Assembly: GCA_965287045.1 (NCBI GenBank)
Contig: OZ336900.1
Location: 12,896,001 to 12,960,000, forward strand
Source of the DNA: Carcharhinus amblyrhynchos
Lineage: Eukaryota
Direction: 5' to 3'
Length of the DNA stretch: 64,000 nt
The translations under genes and the position numbers were made by a program. Below the pieces are notes generated by a model, which was not told the origin of the DNA, did no database searches, and was given only the letters and a program-made list of their open reading frames with translations. Positions within the stretch are counted from its first letter, which is position 1, and each line of letters begins with the position of its first letter. Positions 11,201-23,740 of this stretch are shown here, in pieces.

Positions 11201-14200
11201 ATATTAAAAGGACAAGGTTGAGACCATTTGAACAGTTAACCTGGAAATGATGATAACAGGTATGAAAAAGTTATTTAATTCTTGCTTCCCTTAACTTGGT
11301 GACTACACGAACTGTAATTAAAACTATACTTTGAAACTAAACTGTTCTGACAATTTATTAAGCTAATGTTCACAATGGAAAACATTCAATTCTGAAGGTT
11401 ATGAGGCCTGAATTTCTTTGGAGTTGAAATCAGCCACTTTATGCATCTTTTTCACAACCTGCTTCACCCAAATTTCCAACACAGGCCGGGTAAGCCAGAG
11501 TCAACATCAAGGTAATAGAATTATTGAATCCCCACACTTCAGAAGGAGGGCATTCAGCCCATCGAATCTGTACCGGGGGTCAGGGGGGAGGTGACAGGCT
11601 GCCAGATAGGAGAGGTTGTTGGGCCTCCAGGATGGGAGGTGGATATGTCCATGTGAGAGTGGGAAAAGCATGGGAGTGTGAATCAAAGAGTGGGAGACTC
11701 CCGTGGGTGTTGTCCAGAGTCCTGTAGGGAGGGAGGGGTGGTCAGGGGTTGGTGGGTGCTCCTTGGAGGGTTGGGGGGTAGGGAGAGATCTTGGGGCGGG
11801 GGCAGTCTGCACCTGTTACAATTGTTATCCAGAAGTTATAAGTGGTTTTAATTATTCTAACCTTTTCTGGGTAAGTACTGATGTAACCCAGTCAGACCCA
11901 TCTGAAATTTTTGAATTAAACTGCATTTTTGGTTGCCAGTGCAGGCCAGTTGTCCAGGGAAGTTTGCACTGCTGCTTATTTGCCATGCAAACTTTAATTG
12001 TGAACTTCCAAAGTGGGGTTACATCCCAGCACATCTTTGGGGTGCCGTCCAATCTGATACTGGAGTGCTTGGAGATTAAAGTCCTAATGGAGTTGTACCT
12101 TTGCAAATACAATATGTTGATGCCTTCCATGTAGCACCATGGTTACTCTTATAATTATATCAATGATAACCAATGTAATAATTAATGAACCTTCAGTGGA
12201 AAAGCATTTGCAACTGGATACTGGAGTATGGTTTTGGGTGGGGTCATTTTGATTTATTTGTAAATTTATAAAAGGAAACCAGAGGCCATCAATGATTCAC
12301 ATTGACTTCCATTACCTCAGGAACAATATTTTAGTATCTATGGCCAGAAAAATATATTCAATATTTGTTTTATCCTGTTCAGAGTCTTTGAAGAAAACAA
12401 GATTAGATTCACTATAAATGTCAACCAGAATTTGAGATCACAGATGGTATTTGGCTTTATTGTACAAAGAGTGGTCACCAAACAAAATTATTCTGTATTA
12501 AATGTTACTGAAAGATTAGTGTTAAACTTGTGAAAATATTAAGTAATAATTAAATGCATTGAAAGTTATTGGTTTTTGGGAAAGTAAAATAATATATTAT
12601 TATTAAGTTACCTTCACCCCTTAAATAACAGCTCCATTATAAATAGTGTCAAGTATAATTATACTGCAGAAATCCCTCACAAAATTGGCCCAATTATCTA
12701 AAGTGCTTTTAGAAAATGTTCCCATCCTTTTGCACTCTCAGCAGAAGCATACACTTTGTTCATTAAACTTGAGACCAATGTACGCTTTTGCCTCATTCCA
12801 TTCTCTGTGAGAGAACTGGCTAAATTAAAACACAATGAACTATGAGTTGAATTCTTGGTATTGTTCCCACTATTTATTCAATATGACAATTCTGACAATT
12901 AGCTTATCCAGTAAAATCAATCTCATCCATAGGCAAATATTTGCTTCATTTGAGTGAGCAGCAAGTATGCCAGTTTTAGCATATGATTACAATGTTTGTT
13001 AAATAAAGGATAACCTCTCTTTTTGAACTCAATTCTTCTGTCCTTTGGGTATGTTCTTAACACTATAATTAATGATTGTATATTGTATGAAGTTACAGAC
13101 AAATCTTGATCACCTTTTTTGAAACCAGGCAGCCATTGGTTCAAAGGATCACCATTTCACTAATCTGAAATATTACTTACATCATTGTGTCACAATGGTT
13201 TCTCTGCTAACAAAGAGCTCATCATAGATACTGGTGAAAGACCATCATTTTAGTAGAGATAATTGTGCATATCTACTATGAACTCATGTAGTTTTGAATT
13301 CAGATCCCTTCCCATATCACCTTGATTGACTGTATCTACAGAAGCCCAGTAGGTACAAGCTCTAGGCTGGAAATTTCCAATCCCCACCTGCCCCCACCCC
13401 AAGGCAGGGTTCCTGCAGCAAAGAGGGTTTGCCATTGGTCACCAACAGGATCATCCAATCCTGCCAAAGTGGGAGGTAATTTGCACGGTTTACCTGCCCT
13501 GTCACCGGGGATCCCCTAAAGCCGGGCCAACTTTGGCAAGACCAGAGGGAGGATCCTGCCAGTGATAAAGACTGGAAAATCCCACCCATCATATCTGAAA
13601 AACTTTCATCCACAACCAAGGGTAAAATTAATAGGAGTGAGTCAATCGGATCTTGTTCGATGATCAACTGAATGACAATTAAAGCTGAGTTAAGGGCAAA
13701 ACATGCCAATAAGTTTATAATTAGCTATGAATTTCAGCACATAATTTAGGCTGGCATTTAGTGCAGTACCAAGGGAGAGCTGCAGAATTGGAGGTACGCA
13801 GTAGAGCATGTGCTTCTCTGGCATCAAAGGTCCCAAAATTTCCGAAATGAAGTACCCCCAATATTTGTTAAAGCAAAAAGTTTTTGCATGCTTATAGAAG
13901 GTGTTTGGCCCTTTGTGATAATGGTCAGAGTCTGCTTGATATCCCTTCTCTGAGATTGGCTTCCCTCAGTGCAGTCTGCATCATGACTAACAAAGGAAAT
14001 AAGTAACTTACCCCAGTGGTAAGCTAGAAGGTGTAGAAATAGACCAATTTTTCCTTTGCCTGTGGCCTCTTGTACCTCACCAGCTCTACGACAATGAGGT
14101 CCAAAGCCTAACATTTGGGAGCATTGAAACTCACCTTTCTGACATTTTTATTCTTTGTGCATTATGAATCAAAGAATGGCTGCCCCAAAATTCCAAGGAA

Positions 14201-14229
14201 GCCTTGTCTGCTCTCTTAGGAGACCTACT

Positions 14230-14720
14230 GTATGAAGAAGAGAGGAGAAGTTCTCCCAGTAACCTGGTCAATATTTATTCGTCAATCCACAACAGTGGGA
14301 CAGATTGTCTTCCTATTTACCTTACTGCCATTTACGGAATGTTGTTGTGTGCAATTGGCAACAATGTTTTACCTTCAATGCCAGCCTTGGCTCAGTGATG
14401 ATACTCTCACCTGAGTCAGAAGGCTGTGGGTTCAAGTCTAATTCCAGAGACTTCAACACAGAATTTTGGCTGGCACGCCAGTATACTATCTTTCAGATGA
14501 CATGTTGAATAAAGACTCCATCTGCCCTCTCGAATGAACAGAAAAGGCTCCATTGCACTATGTTGAAGAATAGCAGCGGAGTTCTCGTCGTGTCATGCCT
14601 GATTTTAATTCCTCAACCCCAACATTACTGATACAGAATGATCATTATCACTTTGCTGGTTTTTGGAACCTTGCTGTGCACAAATTAGCTGCCATGCTTT
14701 CCTTCCTTGTAAGAGTGACT
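14230..14720 (+). mobile_element. Deu-domain SINEs (SacSINE1/AmnSINE-like): a 3' fragment followed by a near-complete copy from ~14385
   Basis: tRNA-like head TGGCTCAGTG...CTGAGTCAGAAGGCTGTGGGTTCAAGTC; Deu-like core CATTGCACTATGTTGAAGAATAGCAGCGGAGTTCTC...CTTGCTGTGCACAAATTAGCTGCC; a second core copy at 14232-14370. Confidence 0.7.
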
Positions 14721-15911
14721 ATTTGTTTTTTAAAGTGGTTTATTGATTATAAATTGATTCAGCTGAGGTTATGACAGATGGCACATAAACACAAATCTTT
14801 ACTTTCTTTTTTCCCATAACCCTTCTTCGCCTCACTGAAGGCAAGCTACTCAAAGAGACAGAGTGGGCAACACAAGATCTGAACTCACAGCAGCCAACAA
14901 CATCCCCCCATGATTTTACACTGAATAACTTCAGCACCCTGGCAAAGAGACACCATTCTATGATGGTGAGACATAGATTCCTGGGTTAAGAGCACCGTGC
15001 TATACTTATTGTGGAAACAAATAGCTATAAACTACAACACTGCTGTCTTCATTCCTGTCACAAGCCAACGTGACACATTTGCCAAAATACATAAATGCTG
15101 TGCAGCTCGAATCAACAATGTTGAAGAAATAGTTGAAACTGTTCTCTCCACTCCTACTATCACCAAATACAGTGCAAAATACTTGTACAAAACTTGTTTG
15201 AACATGGGTAATTTGTCCTTTGCAGCTGTTACAATTCAGGCTCCAAACCACAATCTTCATTCATACTTGCTGCATATGTCAACATCCAAAGAAAGATGAG
15301 AGTCTCTTACTGGGCTTTATTGGCAGTCTTGCAGACCAACTCAGCATTATAGTTGACTTATTTGGTTACAAAGGCACCTTGAATGCATCAATCATTCCTG
15401 TCTCCCACTGACCCAACAGTGGTTTGTCTTGGTAAGACAGTTTGTTAAGAAATGAGTTGCGGATTCAGACAGTATATACAGCTCTGAAAACCAAAAATGA
15501 TATATACATAAAGAAACTGACTAATAATTCACAACATCTGCCTCTTAGTTTCATGGAAACACAGCTTAATGCAAAAGTGTCCCTCAAACTAATCACATTC
15601 ACTGTCTCAAATTATAAAATATGAAGACAAGGTTGCTTATCAATTAGTTTAAAAAAGCACATCACTTCAAGTAGAATTTGTTAATCAGTTAATTTTCACC
15701 AAAATCGTGCATTACCTCTTTCAAAAGATCAAGTTAAATGTATTTCTGATCACCCAGTTCGAATACTTGTTACATTTATTTATTTGTTGCAAAATTACAT
15801 TCGAAGTGCACAATATAGCATCTTCCCGTAATACTTGCTGCAAAAGCACAACGTTTCCTCTTTCTTAAATGGAGCAAATATAAGAATTTAGCAGCTTCCT
15901 CTGCTAAATTG

Positions 15912-16233
15912 AGGGGGCAGCATGGTGGCACAATGATTAGCACTGCTGCCCCACAGCACCAGGGGCCCACGTTTGATTCCTGGCTTGGGTCACTGTGTGG
16001 AGATGGCACATTCTCGCCGTGTCTGTGTGGGTTCCCTCTGGGTGCTCCGGTTTCCTCCCACAGTCCAAAGATGTGCGAGTTAGGTGGATTGGCCATGCTG
16101 AATTGTCTCTTAGTATCAGGGGGATTATCTAGGGTAAATGCATGGAGTTACGGGGATAGGGCCTGGATGGGATTGTGGTCAGTGCAGATTCGATGGGCTG
16201 AATGGCCTCCTTCTGCACTGTAGAGATTCTATG
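15912..16233 (+). mobile_element. HE1-like V-SINE, full length
   Basis: GGGGCAGCATGGTGGCACAATGATTAGC head, V-domain, tail GAATGGCCTCCTTCTGCACTGTAGAGATTCTATG. Confidence 0.9.
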
Positions 16234-18477
16234 AGGTTTACTTACCTGAAATTCCAGTACAATCATCACCTTCTCCTGTCCTTGACAGAACGTCTGGCTG
16301 AATTTACTATCCCCAAGCCTAAGGGCAGTAAAACTTAGACTACCTGAAAACTGGCTCAGATCATTCAACAGAACACAAGCCAAGGGCTGAAGCTAAAAGA
16401 AACCTACCCTGGAAGACTGACCACCAAACCACAAATTGCATTTACTTATGAAGTTGTCAGGAGTGCCCACAGCCAAAATGTACAATCAATTAGCATTATG
16501 TTCAAAAACAAAAGGTCAAGCAATAGTATTTATCAAATGGAGGATTAGGCTGAGGTTTAACATTTGCACAACATGTAATTATTGCATAACCAATCACAGC
16601 TATCCTGAACTCTGTTTCAATGGAGCACTGAGCTGGCAGTATAGAATTTTGCTTACAAATCTCTTTTTGATCTCTTCTTAAGTATGAAAGGGTTGTGCCA
16701 CACTGGATTATGTTGGGCAATTATATGTTCTGAAAAGTAATAGAATCGGCTTTCAGACAACTCTAATCATTTGAATTAACTATATTTTGTGACATTCTAA
16801 AATAATTTCAACAATCCTCCTTGAACACATAAGCTTCCCTTTAGGCATCCAAGCCCATGTGTAAAGGTCTTTACTTCTTAAATGGCCTATGTTTACTGAC
16901 AAGGCTGAATGGGGTCACGTGTTGTCATGGTGCAAAACGCAATATCTATTTTGCTTTTACTGCAAGCAAGTTGGGAGAGTTTTTTCTACACAAACTTTCG
17001 CATCTCCAATTCAGAGTCAAGTTCCCACTGTGTGCTTTGATGTGCCAATCAGTTTGAACTCTTCCCTGTCTACAGCTGAATACCAAAATTTAAGATCAGC
17101 ATTCACTCAACAAGAATTGATTTAACTTTCATCAAACTGGATCAGCTGTTCATTGGACATAGCACAAGTTGTTCTTTTTAGTGACCTAATTGAAGGAGAA
17201 TCAGATATGTATTCAGACAGCACCTTTCCCAATCTGATGGTGTCACAAAGTGTTTATAGTCAATGAAATACGAGGAAATGGGTAGAAAAATCAAATAATG
17301 TGCATAAGAGGAGGAAACCAATCTGCTAATGTGTAGATTCCCAACTGTCCAGAATTGTCCTGAACTCTCCAGAGATATAAGACTAATCATTTGGGCTTGG
17401 CTGCAACCAAGGGTACAATCAATAGTGCCATTAATAAACTATGATTTCCTTCTATTCTTTGAACACTTCTGCTTGTTTGTTCTAAAATATATAAAGCTCA
17501 GAGAAACATTGTTTAACATGGCTCTTGGAGATGAGATGTGTAAAGTTACTGGGTTGTGTAGGAATGATGACAAACGTCTACGACTTAAACAGTTTGCTGT
17601 AAGATTTTCAGTACTTTTTGAATGCCATGCCTATAGCCATACTGGTGCGAACTCTTACATGTCACATCCTGTGTACAGATCGTGGCAATACATACATGTA
17701 TACATATTCTACATCTTCCCCATTTAGTTGGGACAATCCATACTCATATGCAAAGAATAATGTTGAATGCAGTAACAAAACATTGAATATTTAAATTGCC
17801 TTAAACATGAGCTTGGGCCACAAAACCTGGTGCAAAGCCCATACATGTCCCCCTCTCCCTTTTTTTCAGAAAAACTGCACATATGTACATCTAAATCAGT
17901 ACATAGCATTGGTGTTTGGTCTGTTCAGCTGCCCTAGTGTGTAATTACACCAGTTGGCTGTGCTTGGGATGCACCCAGGTTATTTTCCACATGGTAGATG
18001 GCATCAGATGTGCCTGGAATGTGCACAGTGACTGTACGGCTTGCTGCATTGGTAATGGGGCTCCAACTCCACCAGTGCAGGGGACGCAGTGTGTCATCCT
18101 CTGTTCAATTAGCAGAGTTGGTTTGGGTACCTGTAATGGATGACATTGGTTCCTGACATGTAGGGCACCATTTGAGGTGACTGCTTAACTATTTGGCTGG
18201 GGAAACATGGTGATGGACCACTGCCAGTTTGTCATAACCATGTGTAGTTTGCATTCTAACTGTCTGGTCTGGCTCCAACGTTCAAAGCTCGTGGGTATTA
18301 TAGTCATAGCACTTTTCCCCTCTTTATCGCTGTTCAGGAAGGTTTCCCTGAAGTTTGCTTCCACTTCAGGTTGCAACAGGGCATTGGCAACAGGGATCAT
18401 GGTCCTGATGTAACTAGAGAACATTCTCTGTGTTGGCAAGGGCAGGCCTTCTCTTGGCAGATTACACAGAATAGGTA

Positions 18478-18557
18478 GTGTGGCGACAAGGGGATTTTCA
18501 CAGAAACTTCATTGCAGGGTTAATATAAGCCTACTTGTGACAATAATAAATAAACTT
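18478..18557 (+). mobile_element. Isolated 3' tail of the 'AATAAATAAACTT' SINE/LINE family inserted in the Gypsy relic
   Basis: GTGTGGCGACAAGGGGATTTTCACAGAAACTTCATTGCAGGGTTAATATAAGCCTACTTGTGACAATAATAAATAAACTT matches the tails at ~2380-2455 and ~56490-56570. Confidence 0.8.
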
Positions 18558-19122
18558 CAAGAATTCTGTGTTGCCACGGAGACATTTTCGAGGAGATGCT
18601 TTGCTGAGCATACTGCACACTCCACCAAACCATTCAGTTATGGATATAGGGGGCTGCTTGTTGTATTTTCAAAGTTTCATGGTGCGCGCAAAGTCCTTGA
18701 ACTCCCTGGAGACAAACTGTCGGACGTTGTCCATCATTAGCATTTGTGGAATGCGATGTGCAAAGGTGTCTCTTCAGCTTTTCAATTACTGCTAAGCTCT
18801 CCATGTCAGGGCAAGAAATCAACTTCATACCACCCTGAGAATGAATCAACAAGGACCAGATATTACCTCACATTCCACTCAAATATATTACTGCAGTGAG
18901 TGACCGTGGAAGGTCTGGGACCTCCTGAGCTGCTCAGTTGGTTTGAAGAGGCTCGAGCGCATTGCATGGTATGCATCTGGACACTTCTCTCTCTAAAGAA
19001 GAACATCATTTCTTTTGCCTACACTGTGTTGCTTCCATCCCCAGGATTCCTTGGAGGAGTTGCTGGGTGTAGTACTTCTGCAGAGAGCTGGGGATGATGA
19101 ACCTCTGGCAACACAGTCTTAT

Positions 19123-19250
19123 GATGTGGAGATGCCAGTGTTGGACTGGGGTAAACACAGTAAGAAGTCTCACAACACAGGTTAAAGTCCAACAGGTTTA
19201 TTTGTAGCAAACATCACTGGCTTTCAGAACTGGCTGCTCCTTCGTCAGGT
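19123..19250 (-). mobile_element. Penelope-type terminal repeat (pLTR) fragment with degenerate hammerhead motif
   Basis: Reverse complement CCTGACGAAGGAGCAGCCAGTTCTGAAAGCCAGTG...AAATAAACCTGTTGGACTTTAACCTGTGTTGTGAGACTTCTTACTGTGTTTACCCCAGTCCAACACTGGCATCTCCACATC, homologous to 31287-31412. Confidence 0.75.
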
Positions 19251-21510
19251 CAAGACATCTTGGAGATGCCTACAAGTACGATCAGCTTCTGGGCAGCTTT
19301 GAATTCCTCAATTCTGAGGGATGATAGCACTTGAATGGTCACAATCTCAACGCTCCCCTCATGATCTGCAGGCTCAGTGGTGGGTAAGAAAGTGATGGAG
19401 AGGGCATTAGTGAGATACAGCTCCTTACTGCACTTGTAGATCACACTGAAACTGTAGCTTGGGAACTTGAGCATCATCTGCTGTAGGCATGGTAATAATA
19501 CAGTATAGAGAGGGAGGAGGGATTTAAGGATGGTGACATATGGCTGGTGATCAGTTTCAACATTGGCAGGGAAGTTACAGATGGACTCATGGAATTTCTG
19601 ACATGCAAAGATGAGGGTAAGGAGTTCCCTCCTGATCTGGACATAGCGAGTTTGTGTGTCAGTGAGAGCCCTTGACGCAAAAATCACTTGTCTGACAGTC
19701 TGGATGTACATTGCTCTGAGTCCATGCTTAGGCATATGCTGATAAGAGTACAGGTGTTTGGATTTTGAAGTATTGTAACACTGGAGAGGCTGATCCTTGA
19801 GTTTGCTGAATTACGTACTGTGGTGCTCCTGACAACACCGTTTTATATGCTGGTGGACAAGTCCAGTTACATCACATGTTATGATAGAAAAGGCACTTTT
19901 AGAGTACTACAATACATCTATTTTCATTCTGGCCTTATAACCGTGATAGTATTGTTAATTGCAGTTCTGCTATTTTACATAATATTGCTAAGCTTTAAAT
20001 ACACTTGCAAGTCAGTTCTTGCTAATCTGTTTGAACATTTCAGTGATGATTTCAAATCATGGGAATGAGCTTTGATAGATAATTTGCCATGCTGAAAAAT
20101 CACTGAACGAGTGGACATTTGTTGTCTCACCATTGTCCTATCCAGATCTGGCTTCACACCATCAGCAGTCAGCAGGTGACCCATATAGGACACCTGGCTG
20201 ACCCCAAATCTGAATTTAGTAGGGTTGCGCTTCAACTCTGTTGCCCTGACTCTATCAGGGACCAAACACAAACGTGCAGCATGTTCTTGCATTGCATGAC
20301 CCCAGACCAAGATGTCTTCAATGATGGTTTCACAAAGCTGTTTTGCAAAGAGCTGTTCCATAGACTATTGAAAAGACCTCATTACCAGTAGAGATACTAC
20401 GTGGAGGAACTTGTATCTGCCCATCAGAGTCATGAACGTCGTGAGATTTCATAGGATTCAGAACCAAGAACATCCAGAGAAACTCCCTCCTGACTCTATA
20501 TCATTGTGCTGCCACCTTTGGTGGGTCTGCCTTGTATTTGGAATTGCATATACCCAGCAATAGTGATGGGTGTGTCTGGGACATTGAGTGTAAAGCATTA
20601 TTTGGTGAACATGACAGTTGCTTGATTAATCTGTGGGAGTAGTCAGTGTATTCAGGAGTGAAGGGAGCGAAGTGACAAAAAACAGTTGTAAATTCACTAA
20701 AATTGTTCTAAGCTTTTAAAGTGCCAGTTATTCATTGATAAATGGACAGGTCTACAATGGTACAATGGGAACTTGCCTTCGACACAGACATATTGTGCAG
20801 CATACCCTGTACGTTGAAGGCAATTCATAATGACTGAAGAATTTCTTTAAAATTGTATTGAAAGCTGATTTCATTATGTATTTAAAATAAAAAAAATGCT
20901 GAAGGCACTACTTGTGCTAGGCTGAGATCCTTATATACTTTCCTGAAGCGACTACATTTACAAGCCTAGTGAATTGCGAGGCTATTCAAACTTGTTTCTT
21001 TCCTTTTGAAACTTTCATATATGCACGTTCTAGCAGAGATCTGTGGATAATGACACAGGAGAGAGAAACTTGACTGTTTTCCTTTCCTTCTTTCAGGAAT
21101 GTGAAACTATACTATCTCAGGCATTGTCCTTATACTCTCTGCATAGATCAGAGTATGTGCTTCTGACTTGTTGGTACGGTTCAGTATCATGTCAGACAAT
21201 TGTCACGATCCAGTTAGGGAATGTTAACATTTAAAGAGCAATCCAAACAATTTGTTTTAACCAACAGAACTACATAACAAGATTTTAAAAGAAACTTGAT
21301 TCCATATAAAAGGATCAATTAAATAAGCACTATGAACTTCACAATCTGGTTTATAACTGCCTACATTATGCACTCAGATTTACTTCTTACATCACTCAAT
21401 TATTCTCTTATGTCATCAACCTTAAAACTTATGTTCTTCTGTAAAGACCACTCGTAAGTATGGCACAGTCTCCTGGAGAATTCTCAGCCCTGTCTATTCA
21501 CAAAGCTAAA

Positions 21511-21724
21511 GACTTTTGGATAAGATCAAACATCAGATCAAGCCTAAAATGGGATACAATCCCTAATCTGGTCAGCTTAGATTTTGTTTGTATCTCTTGT
21601 TGAGACCCTAAATTAGATTCAATTCGATTTAAATTTGGTTTTTGGAGCAAGAAAGGAATGGATTTGGGTTTGCCTGGTCCACTGTGAGCAATGGCTTTGT
21701 AGCTTTAAGACTGGAGTAAAAAAA
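21511..21724 (+). mobile_element. U2 snRNA-derived repeat, copy A
   Basis: GACTTTTGGATAAGATCAA (U2 5' end), GTTTTTGGAGCA (Sm-site region), TTGCCTGGTCCACT (U2 CTTGCTCCGTCCACT); collinear with copy B; ends in an A-run. Confidence 0.75.
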
Positions 21725-22283
21725 TTATTTTGAAGTGAAACTTTAATTTACTATCTTTTGATTGACTATCTGTTTGCCTCAGTGCCACGTTTAGGTTACT
21801 TTTCCAATACTTCCAAGCTAATCGGCTTGTTGCTTCCTGTGGCACAAGACTTGATCTGCAAGAACCACTGTAGCTTCTCCCACTAATTTCAAACAACTCG
21901 ACAATCGGTAGGCTTCTGTTCCCTCAGGAAATTCCAACTGAAATTAAACTTCACCTGCATTTAAAACATTGAATGATCACTTGGGTACTTTACTCAGCTT
22001 ACAGTGCAGATTTAACTGCCATTGACTTTGGCTAACTTCTTTCAGTGACCTGCAAACTATACAAGATCTAAACTGCAAGTCACTCTCTCAGTAAGTATCC
22101 AGATCAACTGAAATCAGAGAACCTTCCAAAGCTCCACTCACCCCAATGAAATAGCCTGCTCTGGGCTATCCTCAAACTGGCTTTGAGATTAATTATCCCT
22201 CATTTACTATTTCTATTTGATCTGATGAAGTAAATGGGTTAGTTTTACAACCTTTCTGCATTCATTGATTGCTTTTAGACTCA

Positions 22284-22660
22284 TGGGGTGGGATTTTTCC
22301 CATCCCGCTGTGCTAATAAAGTAATGTAACATGGCGGGAACTATGAGTGAGGGGCAAAAAGTCAGGTTTGCGATGGAGTTCTCGCATCTCCCCATCTTGC
22401 CAGTCCCGTTCTGCCAGCGAAATCAGCCTTGGGCCCAGGAAGGGTGTGAGGCTGAGGCTGATTTAAATATTTATGATTTGCATACCAGATGGTCCCCACC
22501 AACAGGGTCCATGGGGGGTGGGGGGCACGGTGTAGGGGCAGTGTATGTGACAGTGACAGATCTCCCAGTAAGGAGACTGCTCAGCAGGCAGCTTCCCGGC
22601 GAGCTCAGACTCAACTACCTCCCCTCACTGCCCCTGCTTCAGAAGATTGGTCAAACAAAA
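22284..22660. mobile_element. Possible non-autonomous DNA transposon end (PIF/Harbinger-like)
   Basis: GC-richer block starting GGGGTGGGATTTTTCC; a reciprocal terminus AAAATCCCGCCC occurs at 48635-48646; family assignment tentative. Confidence 0.3.
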
Positions 22661-23429
22661 ATCAGCATCTATCTAAATTTATAATGCACATTACCGTCCT
22701 TAACAGATTACCATTCCTGATGCCATATTTCCATACTCCCAGTTTTCAGGAGCCATTGTTTTTCACTCTGAATTCATTTGTCCCCATCTGTAATTTTTCT
22801 TCTAAACCTCAACCTGTTCCATCAGATAAGTATTCGACTCTTTTTTAAGATGCTAAATCAAGAGTTAATTTAAGAGTTTCACATGGAATAAATTTAATGT
22901 ATTTACTTCCATGTGATAGCAAATTACCCAACACTGCCCACAACATTGCAAATGTGACCTTCCTGGTCAATCTATGGGTAGAAATTTCTTGTTTGGATTT
23001 AGTCAAATGTCTTTGTGATAAATTGCACTGCAATTGGCCTTGTTGATAATTATACCAATTTAAGGAATACTTTTAGTGAATGGTTGACTCCATTACTTCA
23101 TAATCCAATTTCCATGTTATCCATTTCAAAGTACACAACATTAATTTACCTGGCTCACAATTTAACTCTAGTGTAGTTATTTGGTTCAAATTTCTTCAAA
23201 TATTATTAATCTTTGTTAAATTCAGCTAGCTACATAGTTTGGTGTCATTAACAAATTTTATATTACATATACTTTAGGCTATGGACAGACAACATTCTCT
23301 CCACATATTTAATAACAAATTCTCTGCTAGTCATGAAGTTAAAATATATCACTACTAAACTAATGCTCAGCCCAATTGGCTAAGTTGCCATTACTACTAA
23401 AGCTTCATTTTAAGTATAAACATAGGGAA

Positions 23430-23740
23430 AGTGATGACCCGGTGGTATTGTGGCTCGACTATTAATACAGAAACTCAGCTAATGTTCTGGGTGCAGGGCT
23501 TGAATCCTGCCATGCCAGATGGTGGAATTTGAATTCAATAAAAAAAATCTGGAATTACGAATCTACTGATGTCCATTAAACCACAGTTGGAGAAACCATC
23601 TGGCTCACTAATGTGCTTTAGGGGAGGAAATCTGCCATCCTTACCTGGCCTGTCCCACATGCCACTCTAGAGCCACAGCAACTACAGATGGACAATAAAT
23701 GCTGGCTGGCCAGCTAGCAATTACCATGATTCAGGAAAAA
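23430..23740 (+). mobile_element. tRNA-derived SINE of a second family
   Basis: B-box-like GGCTTGAATCC, body GGAGGAAATCTGCCATCCTTACCTGG, tail GATGGACAATAAATGCTGG shared with the LINE ends at ~42690 and ~51070. Confidence 0.7.

Larger units (their letters stand above)
17900..20450 (-). mobile_element. Degraded Ty3/Gypsy pol region (RT, RNase H, integrase)
   Basis: ORF 19975..20361 IIEDILVWG...H...L..V..R...LK.NP.K..F...VSYMGHLLTADGVKPD (RT); ORF 19250..19735 VIFASRALTDTQTRY.QI.RELL...FACQKFH...VETDHQP (RNase H); integrase-like remnants further left, giving Gypsy domain order. Confidence 0.85.

Noticed and set aside
11507-12134. G-rich block with several 90-140 aa ORFs
   Set aside because: ORFs arise from stop-poor, G-rich low-complexity composition next to a SINE tail; no domain is recognisable.
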